36,336 bases of DNA. Origin: Malacoraja senta. Its lineage: Eukaryota. The position numbers and the translations under genes are program-made. A model generated the notes under the pieces. It was not told the origin of the DNA, did not search any database, and saw nothing but the letters and a program-made list of their open reading frames with translations. Each line of letters opens with the position of its first letter. Within the stretch, counting starts at the first letter, position 1. The DNA lies in the NCBI GenBank assembly GCA_038087875.1, contig JAXLNO010000313.1:62001-98336 (forward strand), written 5' to 3'. This document shows positions 24,391 to 35,540 of the stretch, in pieces.

Positions 24391-27300
24391 ATGGACTCTT
24401 CTGCCCGTAAGCCCGATGTGGTCGTTTTCGAGTTAGACATCGCCCTTCGATGGGACGTATTCAAACGTGACTTTGAACACTATTTCACGATCGCTCATCC
24501 TGCCGCCACCGCCGATCTCAAAGCCTCTCTGCTTCTCAACTTGGCTGGTCCTGAGGCCCTGACTCGCCCTGACTTCTTCGTCTACGCTGATGGCGAATCA
24601 GCTCGGGACCCGGTATGTCTGGTGGCTAAGTTTGATGCTATTTGTGATATTCCGACAAACTGCATCTTAGAACGTTTTAAACTGTTCGCGCGGCGTCAGC
24701 TCCCTGGGGAATCTGCTGAGAACTATGTCATTGCGCTGCGGCACCTGGGCAGGCGCTGCCGCCTCCACGCGTGGAACCCCGATGAGATTCTCAGGGACCT
24801 TCTGGTTTACGGTCTCCGTGATGAGAAGCTCAGGGCCGAACTTCTGCGCAAGCCGGATCTGACTTTAACCGATGCTATGCACGCTACTCGCTTAGCTGAA
24901 GCTGTTTCCTCGGCGGCGTCGCCGGCTGAACAGGCGATCAACTTTGCCAGCACTCCCAGTCATCTCATAAACACACCCCAGTCGCGACCCCCGGGGTCGC
25001 TCGCTGCTCGAGGGGGACGCGCCCCGGGGTTCGGTACTGCTACAGGGGGAGGTACCCGGCGAAGGTGCCCTAATTGCAACTTCACGACTCATCAATACAA
25101 TGTGTGCCCTGCCTTGGGTTAAACGTGTAATGTCTGCAAAAAATTGAACCATTTTGCTGCGGCTTGTCGTTCCCGTAGGAAGCCTGTCGCTGCTCCAAGG
25201 GGAAATTTAAACAACCTTCTACAAGCTGATAGTGCGCTCAGCTCCCAGTGTTATTTCGATGAACAGTCTGTTTCTGCGTCTGACTCCTCTCAGGGGGAGA
25301 CCAACTTGTTTACCGTGTTGGACGCACCTGCTATGATAACGGACCCTTCTGTGCTAGTCACTGTGAACAACTCGACCTTCACTGCTAAGATTGACACGGG
25401 GGCTGTGGCCAACGTAATGTCAACATCTCTCTTCAACCAGATAAGAACTAATGAGCAGATATTTTCCCAGAGCTCAACCTTGCATGCCTACGGTGGGGAG
25501 ATTCTTACTCCTGTGGGCAAGGCCACGCTACGCTGTAAGATACTAGAGACCTCTCGGCCCCTCACCTTCTATCTCCTCGATCAAAAATGCATTCCCCTGC
25601 TGGGGATCCGGGCATGCCAGGAAATGGGACTGGTGTACTTCCACCGTGACATCCACCAGGTGCAGACTCTTATGGACCCGCTGGCCGATTATCCCGACCG
25701 CTTTGATGATAAGCTAGGCAAACTACCCTGCAGCTACAAGATTGTAGTGGACCGTAAGATCGTTCCTGTGGTCCATGCTCCTCACCGTGTCTCCTTCGCC
25801 ATGAGGGACAGAGTGGAGGCGACACTACACAGTATGGTACAAATGGGCATCCTAAAGGCGGTCGTCGAGCCCACCAGCTGGGTCTCTTCCATGGTTGTTG
25901 CTGCTAAAAAGGACATGAGCGAGATACGCATCTGCATCAACCCCAAAGACCTCAACCTGGCCATTAGACGCCCTCACTACCCTATGAGAACGGTAGAAGA
26001 AGTCGCTGCACAGGTTGGTCCAGCAACGTTTTTTTCTGTCCTCGATGCCAAAAGCTCCTTCTGGCAGATACCACTGGACGAGCGGTCGTCCATTTTGACA
26101 ACTTTCGCCACCCCCTACGGAAGGTTTCGGTTCCTCCGAATGCCATTCGGAATCAACTCTGCCAGCGAGGTATTTCAGCGGACAATGGAGCAGTTGTTTT
26201 TAGGTCTACCATGCGCCATAATTGTTGACGACATCCTCGTTTATGGTAAGGACGTTGCCGAACACGATGTCAACCTCCGCCAGGTCCTGGACCGGGCCCG
26301 GCAAATCAACTTGAAACTGAACCCCAAGAAGTGCCGATTCCGCGTCCCGGAGGTCACCTATGTTGGACATGTATTCACCGCCGAGGGGTTAAAGCCAGAC
26401 CCGCAGAAAACGGCTGCCATTTCAGGGATGCCTCCTCCTACTAATGTGGCAGGCCTGCAACGCTTCCTAGGCTTGGTAAACTACCTGGGGAAGTTCATCC
26501 CCGACCTCAGCGAGCTCAGCGCTCCCCTGAGGGATTTGATAAAAAAGGACACGTCCTGGCTTTGGTTACCCAACCATCAGAAGGCATTCGACATTCTTAA
26601 GTCTAAGCTGATCAGCACCCCCACGCTCAAGTTCTTTGACCTGCAGCGTCCCATTGTCCTCACCTGCGACGCCTCTCAGTTCGGACTCGGTGCCGCCTGT
26701 CTCCAGGTCCATGACGGCCTGCAGCTGCCTGTCTCCTTCGCATCCCGCACCATGACCGCCACCGAACAGCACTACGTGCAGATCGAGAAGGAGCTACTGG
26801 CCGTGGTGTTTGCCTGCTCCAAATTCCGGGACTACATCGTGGGCAACACTTTCACCGTTGAAACTGACCATCAGCCACTTGTCACCATCCTCAACAAGTC
26901 GATCCATGTGGCCTCATCACGCCTGCAGCGCATGATGCTGCAGCTCCAGCGCTTCACGTTCACGGTGGTTTATCGTAAGGGCAAGGACATGTTCGTGGCC
27001 GACACGTTGTCTCGCGCCCCGCTGACGTCCACCGCTCGCCACCCATATGAAATGTCTGAGCTATTGGTGCTACAATTGAACATCGTCCCTTCACAGCAGA
27101 TGAAGTCCCTGGTTGAACACACTACCAATGACCCTGCCCTGCAACAGCTGTCTGCCGTCATCCGGCAGGGCTGGCCCGACCGTCGTTCGGCACTGCCGGC
27201 TGGTGCCGTGCCCTACTTCCTGGTCCGGGACGAGCTCGTACTGCACGACGGCGTGGTGGTGAAGGGTCACAAGGTGGTCGTGCCCGCGGCGCTGCACGAC

Positions 27301-28562
27301 CACTATTTTCAAGTCGCTCACCGCGGTCATCCTGGGGCCGAAGCCACCGTGTCTCTCGCCAAGAGCCAGTTCTATTGGCCGGATATGGCCAAATACATCC
27401 GGGAGAGGGTCTCCTCGTGTTCCACCTGCAACAGCCTCGCCCCCCACCAGCAGCGTCAGCCGCTTCTGCAGCAGCCCGCGCCCGAACTGCCCTGGATGGC
27501 GCTTGCCGCCGACATTTTCGAGTGGCGGGGCAAACACTTCCTGGTTCTCGTTGACTCCTACTCCAGCTGGTTTGTGGTCGACCGGCTGCATTCCATAACC
27601 TCTTCGGCCGTCATCGATAGGTTGTACCCTCATTTTGGCACTTTTGGCCCCCCGGCAAGCCTGCAATCGGACAATGGCAGCCAGTTCACGAGCTCCGAGT
27701 TTAAAGCGTTCGCTTCCAGATGGAACTTCCGCCATTTCACCAGCAGCCCGGAGTACCCGCAAAGCAACGGTTTGGCCGAGCGCGCAGTCCGCAGTGCTAA
27801 GCACCTGTTGGAACAGTGTGGTGGCATTAACCCCGACTTCCATCTGGCCCTCCTCAACCTTCGGAACATTTCCCGCGACTCTGCCATGGGTTCACCTGCT
27901 CAGCGGCTCATGTCTCGCGCTACCAGACTCCCACTCCCTGTGGCCCAGCGCTCCCTCATACCCTCCATCCTCCCACCTGCGGCGGTTCAGAAACGCATTG
28001 CCTTCAGGCACGACGTCCAACAGCGTTCCCACGACAGGTCCTGCCACCCGCTGCCGCGCCTCTTCCCCGGTCAAGTAGTCCGTATGCAGACCGCTCCCGG
28101 TCACTCCAAGCTCGCTACCGTCGTCGGCTCTGCGGGGTCGCCCAGGTCCTATCTCGTCGACCACGCTGGAGCCATTTACCGACGGTCCCGCCAGCACCTT
28201 CGGCTCGTCAACGAGCCGCGTCCTCCTGCCGCGGATCCCTTTGCTCCCCCACTGCCTGTTTCGCGTCAGGGCGTTGCTCTGCCCGTCCTTCCTGACATGC
28301 AACGTTCTGCTCCTCCTCAGCCCCTTCCGTTCCACCCCGCTCCGACTAGTCCTCGCTCGCCTGCCCGCGCTCTTCCCGGTCCTGATCTCGCATCACCTCC
28401 GGGTTTGGTGCCGCGGTCTCCTCCGTCTCCTCCCGTTTCCCCTTTCAGGTTCGTTTGTCCCCGCCGGTGCCTCTTCCTCCTGCAGGAAGGGTGGATGGCG
28501 AGACGCGAACCCGGGCGGGACGTCTTGTCAAACCGCCTGACCGCTATGGCGATTTTGTTTAA
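24391..28562 (+). CDS. Gypsy Gag-Pol polyprotein with one premature stop and a late frameshift
   Basis: Starts MDSSARKP. Cys/His knuckles CPNC..H..C and CNVCKKLNHFAAAC, protease IDTGA, RT LDAKSSFWQ/RMPFG/IVDD, RNase H CDAS/IEKELL/TDH, integrase H-H-C-C with DIF/SDNG/NGLAE. TAA at 25120; native C-terminus TRAGRLVKPPDRYGDFV* is in another frame. Confidence 0.93.
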
Positions 28563-28631
28563 CTATCCTAGCGCATGAGCCGTGGTCGCCCTGTCACCAT
28601 TATATTTGCCTGTCGTTTCGAAGAGGAAAGA

Positions 28632-28835
28632 TGTAGATGAGATATGCATGTGCCTTTAACATAGTGACCTCATACCTACTAACCACTCCCCATATCACAA
28701 GTATAACTACAACCTCCCCACCCACAGATCGCTCTCTAGTTCCTGTGACAGACCACGTACAGCTAGTGCAATGTATAATGATCCAGTATGAATAAAGATA
28801 GTAAAGTAAAGACGCTTCGTTATGGATTCTTTACA
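28632..28835 (+). repeat. Gypsy 3' LTR
   Basis: Direct repeat of 24091-24294, following the PPT. Confidence 0.96.
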
Positions 28836-29089
28836 GCTACTTCCCCACAGCCATCAGGCTATTAAACTTGGCTCGGACAAAACTCTGAACATTAATAGCC
28901 CATTATATGTTATGTGCACTTTATCAGTTTATTTATTCATGTGTGTAATAAATTTATATAATTGTATATGGACACACTGATCTGTTTTGTAGTCAATGCC
29001 TACTATGTTCTGTTGTGCTGAAGCAAAGCAAGAATTTCATTGTACAATCAGGAACACATGACAATAAACTCAATTGAACGAACTTGAAC
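28836..29089 (+). mobile_element. Rex1/Babar LINE extreme 3' end
   Basis: (S)YFPTAIRLLN C-terminal motif, then a 3' UTR ending GACAATAAAC and a TTGAAC-type tail. Confidence 0.75.
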
Positions 29090-32000
29090 AATAGTATTAC
29101 TTCAAATAAATAATGTCTGAAAATTATGCACTTTATTTATGTTCCACTTTTTGAAGTTTTTACAACTCCTTTTAACAGTCATGTTATGCATTTTTCTATT
29201 CTTGAATTTGAGTCCATAGTGCATGTGGATACTCACAAAGATTGCTACAATTCTAATCTTGACTCTATTGCAGCACAAGTTCATGTCTTTGTATTGCTGT
29301 GTGTTATGTATTGCTGTGTTTATTAGATGGGAAATGTTATCCTGGTCATCTTAACATCATCAAATTCTGTGCGGAACACTTTCTCGCACACTTCACAGAA
29401 CCCAAGAAAGTATTCCGAAGGCACCATCAATGAGCCAAGTCAGACGTTGATGTGTCGTATGCTTTGTGATGGATGAATATGAGTGCAGGATCTACTAAAG
29501 TGGCATCCGTTCGTAATAGAACTTCTCTGCATGTGTGGCATTTTGAGGACAGTTCATGTGAAGAGATGATTTTGTGACAGATGTGTCCTGCGATGTAAGC
29601 TAGTGTATTCTCTTCAGGGAGATCTAGTGAAATGCTGCAGACTGCATTGTGCTGTTTTGTTTTATTGTATGGGAGATAGATGGAGATGGTTTCTTGACTC
29701 TGTTTTTTGTTAGTGTTTGCAATGTTAAGATAAATCTGTCTGAGTCGGGGGAACAGTTTGCACTCACAGATGGCTTTATCAGTTCAGCCACCATAACCAT
29801 CCGGAAAGCACATCGAAACTCCTTCGCTGATGGATTTTCTCTGAATCCGCCCTTTCGCTGAATAGTGGAGAACAAATTCTCTACAACATCCTGATTGATC
29901 CGAGATGTGAACATAAAACGGGCGTCTGTGCTTTCCTTTATGTGCTGCCACAGCTGTGAAATGCAAGAAATTGCAAGCCGCCATCCCTTGACAAACAACA
30001 CATTTTTAGCTCCAAGCACTGTCAAGCTTCCGAGTACAGTCAAGCATTATTCAAAGAATGACTTATGCGCAGACTTTTCAGAAATAGGCCTCCTTAACAT
30101 TTTGGGGTCCTTGAAAAACCTGCTGTTAAATGAGTCAAACAGTCCATCAACCATTTCAATGAACTCTGCCGCATAAACAGCCTCCCCAGGTAACTTTCCA
30201 AGAGCTGCATAGGTGTAGACGCCTGCTGCTACCGAATGGCTAAGCACCTGCGCAGCCTTGTTGACTCTCATTTTAGAGAAGCTGTTTAAAACAAAATGGC
30301 CTCTGGTTAATTTATGGGCTTTTCTAATGGCAACTGTGAATCATGATCATAAAATGTGTAAATATTACCCCATTTGATATGTTTTTTTATGCCATCCTCT
30401 CCCTTGACATCAAAAACATATTTCTCCAAATTTGAGCGAGTGTTTTTCAACAAGTGGGGTGGGTCATGCATGCAATAGATATTGGTTCCCCCGTGGACGA
30501 AGAAAGGATGGTCTTCTGTCACACCCAAGTTGTACAGGCGAATATTGCTTGGGCCTTGGTCACAAACAACGGCATTAGCTGTAGTCCAATAGCCTTAACC
30601 TTCTGTAAACATTCATTGAGTAATGTTTGTAGTTTGTCAGCCGTTTTGCAGTCCCGTGAAAGAAAGTAACCTACAGGTTGCTTCCATTTCCCCATCAAGC
30701 TCTAACCATGAAAACTAGGGCATGGTTGGCAGGCCTTGATGTCTTCCTTGGGATCCAAAGTCCTCAAAACCTTCCACTGAATCTTCAGTAATATTGTAAG
30801 AGAGGCTTGCACGTAAACTCATTTCGTCAAAGGAGACTACACATAATGTATCCCTCTCTGACATCCCCGCAACCTGTCTTTCAAAAGTTCAAAGATCTTA
30901 GGGGGAAACCCAGGCCTCACTTCAATATTGCTCAACCACCTACGTAGTGATGAGATTGATGGAAGTGTGAAAATGCACTGGCAGAACTGATATGCTCGGG
31001 GACTCTGGTGGTAGAGGGACAAGGCAACCACCTTGTCTGAATAACTCCATCGTCTTCCTCTTGCACTTCTACGTCCAGCCGCATTACGCAACTGCGACGC
31101 AAAGAAAGACAGCGCTGGTTCTTGTAAAAATTCACCAGCCCCTCAGATCAAGTCACTAATTGTCTTAATTTCTGTAGTATTCTTTTTCATTGATAATTTA
31201 ATCTGTTGTACTCTTTTTTGAGGGGGAAAGTACGCTGTCTTTCCTTCTTCAGAGCTCTGCTGTCATTCACATTTGTGTGGATTGAAGATCAGGTTTTTCA
31301 GGAGTTGTAGAGACATTGCTGGGTTCTTTACGATGAATTTTGTCTGTAGCTGAGCAGTAAGAATGTTCGGCCAGTATGTTGTGTGACACTGCCAAGACAA
31401 AAAAAAATGAGAAAGGGAAAAAGAAATGTCAAGCATACTAATGAAAAAGATGAAGCATATACATGTAAATAAATCAGCATCTACTAATAATTATAATTAA
31501 ATATAGATGTGATGCACCAATTTCAATCTACCAGAAGAAAAGTTAAATCAATTTAAATGTTGTATGAATTATGCTTGAGGAAGCTTTAAATGGATGTTCT
31601 TACTTTAATTAAATACTAGTACGCATTCCATCAGCCCACACTGTGTAGTCTTACGTGTGATTATAGTTTTGTGAACATTTCACAAATGAAAATAAAAGTA
31701 CCATACATGCCATTACATATTGACCATTGGCAATTATATCAGTTTGGATATAACTTTTTAATATTTAGCCAAAGTGAGAGAATATATTTTATTTTAAAAA
31801 TGAGAAAATTACTTGCCTCTTTGCTGTTTTAAAGGCGTTGGTGAGGATGGGAGGTTCTCATTCTTCCTCTTGAGTACCTGCGTTGGGAAGACAGACGTTT
31901 TGGCGGGTTAGGAATGTCAAAGAGCGTTGGAACTGCATTCCAATTTAGCCTGTTCCTGGTCTGCTTGTTGGAAAACTGGTCAAGTTCAAAGTGTAAAGAA

Positions 32001-32774
32001 CAAAGACAACAGTTGGCTGACAAGTACTCCGGAGTTCAGTTCAGGAGATCTTGTCGACGAGTATTCTGGACCCACTGTTGACATCTGAAATTACAGAACA
32101 TATCATTTAGGATTAACTACATGCCTGCAGAATGGATGATGTATCACTTAAGTGCAATTGTTTTGAGTTGTGTGGAGAGACCTGTATATTGAAGATGCAT
32201 TTTGCCTCTAATATGTCAATTTACCTTAAATGTAGAAGAGAATATTAAAACTTCTTACAAAGACCATTAAGTATTTTCTTTCTATCCTCTTTTGGACCTA
32301 AGGCATAGCAGGGCTGCCAACTCTCACACAGAGGGAAGGGAGGGGGAGAGGGAAGGGAGGGAGGGAAAGAACGGAGAGGGAGAGAGGGAGGGAGATCGAG
32401 AGAAGAGAGGGGAGAGAGAGATCGAGAGAAGGGGGAGAGAGAGAGATCGATTCTGACTCCGCGGTGTTTTCAATCCAGCGCCGCCCGCCCGCGGCGGGAC
32501 GCCCTCACACCGCAGACCGCAGACCCTGTTGGTGGTCGGCGGTCACAGCACTCCGGAGCGGCGACCCGGCAAGGCATCGCCCGCTCCGTGTTGGTGTCCC
32601 AGCGCTGAGAGAGAGAAGGAGAAAGAGAGAGAAGGGGAAAGAAGAGAGAAGGGGAGAGGGAGAAGGGGGTGAGGGAGAAGAGGGAGAGGGAGAAGGGGGA
32701 GAGGGAGAAGGGGGAAGAGGGAGAAGGGGAGAGGGAGAGTGGAACGATGGCACGTTATAAGGCGCAGCCGTCCC

Positions 32775-32826
32775 ATTCCGGCCAAAGATTATAGAGCAGA
32801 GCTCCTCTAGTATCTTTGATTCCGAC
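32775..32826. mobile_element. 36-bp imperfect palindrome with 8-bp direct repeats (candidate P-type footprint 1)
   Basis: ATTCCGGC-[CAAAGATTATAGAGCAGAGCTCCTCTAGTATCTTTG]-ATTCCGAC. Confidence 0.7.
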
Positions 32827-32859
32827 CGCCGCCGCCGCCGCCGAACCCCCCGCCCCACC

Positions 32860-32912
32860 ATTGCACCCAAAAATTATAGAGCGAGTGGAGTTTTATAATC
32901 TTTGATTGCACC
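32860..32912. mobile_element. 37-bp imperfect palindrome with perfect 8-bp direct repeats (candidate P-type footprint 2)
   Basis: ATTGCACC-[CAAAAATTATAGAGCGAGTGGAGTTTTATAATCTTTG]-ATTGCACC. Confidence 0.75.
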
Positions 32913-33464
32913 CTTCTTCACGGCGGGCTTGTGATCTTTGCTTGTGGTGTCTCGAGAATTCGAGGGACATAACGGGTAAGCGCCGCGTTCCCGGACTCGA
33001 ATCTGAGCTCGACAAATCTGGTGGTCACTGGGCCTAATGTGTCCATAACACGGGCCATATTTTGGAGACCCCTGCCTTACAAGAACAAAACCAAAAACGT
33101 ACAGAAGTGTTACAATTATTGGCTTTATTATTGGTAAATAAAGATCTATTAAAAATAATTCTAATAACTTTCTAATGTACCGACAAACCTAGTTTCCCAA
33201 TGACCGTTGATGGGAGACCAGAAAATAACATTTTCAGTTCAGAATAAAATCGAACATATGTCAAATATAATATATTTTCTCACCTTTCTTTTTTATCGGG
33301 AACCTAAAGAATGACAGGTCGGGTCGTTTACATTGACGATTAGAGCAATTGATAGCAGAGCAGTGATATGAAGATTTAGATGTAGATGCCATGACTGTAG
33401 TCGAGGCACGCCGGTAAAATGGCGTCGACAACCACCCATGGCATACTACCCTTTTTTTGCTGAG

Positions 33465-33494
33465 TGGCGCATCTTGCTCTGCTATATAACCTTG
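33465..33494 (-). repeat. Candidate 5' terminal repeat of the P element
   Basis: Minus strand starts CAAGGTTATATAGCAGAGCAAGATG, 102 bp upstream of the ATG, and is similar to the footprint arms. The partner TIR is not in the window. Confidence 0.6.
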
Positions 33495-33543
33495 GGTGAA
33501 GAGCAGGTAAGGATAAAAGCACTGCCATGCAGCGGGAGGCAGG

Positions 33544-34270
33544 AATGCAGCCAGTGATGCATGCATTCCCTTTAATGCAGCCAGTGATGCATGCATTCCT
33601 TTAATGCAGCCAGTGATGCATGCATTCCCTTTAATGCAGCCAGTGATGCATGCATTCCCTTTAATGCAGCCAGTGATGCATGCATTCCCTTTGATACAGC
33701 CAATGATGCATGCCTTCTCCTTAATGCAGCCAGTGACGCATGCATTCCCTTTAATGTAGCCAGTGATGCATGCATTGCCTTTAATGCAGCCAGTGACGCA
33801 TGCATTCCCTTTAATGCAGCCAGTGACGCATTCATTCCCTTTAATGCCGCCAGTGACGCATGCATTCCCTTTAATGCAGCCAGTGGCGCATGCGTTCCCT
33901 TTACTACAGCCAGTGACGCATGCATTCCCTTTAATGCAGCCAGTGACGCATGCATTCCCTTTAATGCAGCCAGTGAAGCATGCATTCCCTTTAATGCAGC
34001 CAGTGATGCATGCATTCCCTTTAATGCAGCCAGTGATACATGCATTCCCTTTAATGCAGCCAGTGATGCATGCATTCCCTTTAATGCAGCCAGTGATGCA
34101 TGCATTCCCTTTAATGCAGCCAGTGATACATGCATTCCCTTTAATGCAGCCAGTGATGCACGCATTCCCTTTAATGCAGCCAGGAATGCATGCATTCCAT
34201 TTAATGCAGCCAATGATGCATGCATTCCCTTTAATGCAACCAGTGATGCATGCATGCCCTTTAATGCAGC
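33544..34270. repeat. 30-bp minisatellite, about 24 copies of TTTAATGCAGCCAGTGATGCATGCATTCCC
   Basis: Head-to-tail units with scattered substitutions and one 29-bp unit; no spacers. Confidence 0.98.
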
Positions 34271-34624
34271 AGGGGGAACATGCACAGGTGCTTGCAGGCC
34301 GATCCCCGCATTTTATAATTCACACTATATTCACACTTAATATAGCCCTTCAGGGCAGATTTCTGTCTTATTTCCAAACCATTTCCCCAAACTCACGAAG
34401 CCGACCTTGCGTGACAACGGTGTGGGATGGTGGATGTGGGGAGCCCAGACCGGCCAAAACAGGCCCTTCGGCCCATTCCCCCCTGCCAGCCCGCAATTGG
34501 TATTGTGTGAATCGGGTCTACGTTCGCCCAAATCCCCTCTAGCAGAGAGAGAGAGAGATAGAGAGACAGAGAGAGAAAGAGAGGCAGAGAGAAAGAGGGA
34601 TAGCGAGAGAGAACCAGAGAGACA

Positions 34625-35220
34625 GGGTGATACAGTGTGGAAACAGGCCCTTTGGCCCAACTTGACACACTGGCCTACATGCCCCATCTACACTAGTCCC
34701 ACATGCTGCCCGCGTTTCATATCCCTCCAACCTGTCCTATCCATGTACCTGTCCAAGTGTTGTTATAGTCCCAGCCTCAGCTGCCTCCTCCGGCAGCTCG
34801 TTCCATACACCCACCACCCTCTGTGTGGAAAAGTTGCCCCTCAGATTCCTATTCAAATTTCCCCACCCCCGCCTCTCTCACCTTAAATCCATGTCCTCTG
34901 ATCCTCGATTCCCTATTCTGGGCAAGAGACTCTGTGTGTCTACACGATCTATTCCTCTTGTGATTTTGTACACATCTATAAGATCACCCCTCATCCTCCT
35001 GCGCTCCAAGGAATAGAGTCCCAGCCCTGCCCCAACCTCTCCCTGTAGCTCAGGCCCCTCGAGTCCCGGCAACATCCTAGTAAATCTTCTCCGCGCCCTT
35101 TCCAAACTCAATGACATCTTTCCTGTAACACGGTGCCCAGAACTGAACGCAATACTCTAAACGCAACCTCACCAACGTCTCGTACAACTAAAACGTGACC
35201 TCCCAACTTCTAGACTCAAT
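34625..35220 (-). mobile_element. CR1 LINE 3' fragment
   Basis: RRFTRMLPGLE, LGLYSLERRRMRGDLIDVYKITRGIDRVD, followed by the CR1 3' UTR. Confidence 0.9.
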
Positions 35221-35222
35221 AC

Positions 35223-35540
<318 letters not shown>

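Larger units (their letters stand above)
24091..28835 (+). mobile_element. Full-length Ty3/Gypsy LTR retrotransposon (Mag-like)
   Basis: Two 204-bp TG...CA LTRs; PBS TGGTGTCA at 24295; PPT GAAGAGGAAAGA at 28620-28631; internal order gag-PR-RT-RH-IN. Confidence 0.97.
32309..33074. mobile_element. Nested non-autonomous DNA-transposon fragments in intron 1 of the P transposase
   Basis: hAT-like termini CAGGGCTGCCAAC (32309) and TTTGGAGACCCCTG (ends 33074) do not match each other and share no TSD. GC-rich block inside an AT-rich intron. Confidence 0.55.
29133..33392 (-). pseudogene. Spliced THAP-domain P-element transposase (THAP9-like), three exons, disrupted
   Basis: Exon 1 (33392-33284): MASTSKSSYHCSAINCSN..FFRFP, GT donor. 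Exon 2 (32084-31817): CQQWVQN..LCSLHFE..AVPTLF. Exon 3 (31388 to about 29133): CVVSFDEM, WKQPVGYF, CDQG, DPPHLLKN, KMRVNKAAQVLS, FDSFNS, NQDVVENLF. Several stops and frameshifts. Confidence 0.93.

Noticed and set aside
25120..25143. Programmed gag-pol stop read-through
   Set aside because: The stop lies within the zinc-knuckle region at a position normally Lys, so a single A-to-T change is the simpler explanation.
27091..28335. Antisense ORFs within the Gypsy integrase
   Set aside because: Expected shadow ORFs of GC-rich coding sequence, with no motifs.
32309..33074. A single hAT MITE bounded by CAGGG...CCCTG
   Set aside because: The termini diverge after 5 bp and the flanks AGGCATAG and CCTTACAA are not a TSD.
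29133..33392. A functional host THAP9 gene with sequencing errors
   Set aside because: Some frameshifts are in homopolymers, but there are also in-frame nonsense codons (for example TGA in exon 2 near 32037) and many lesions, so no gene symbol was assigned.
33544..34270. CRISPR-like array, or a repeat-protein gene (ORFs 33572-34285, 33591-34340, 33763-34542)
   Set aside because: Units are head-to-tail with no unique spacers and no cas genes. The ORFs are open on both strands simply because the 30-bp unit lacks stops in those frames.
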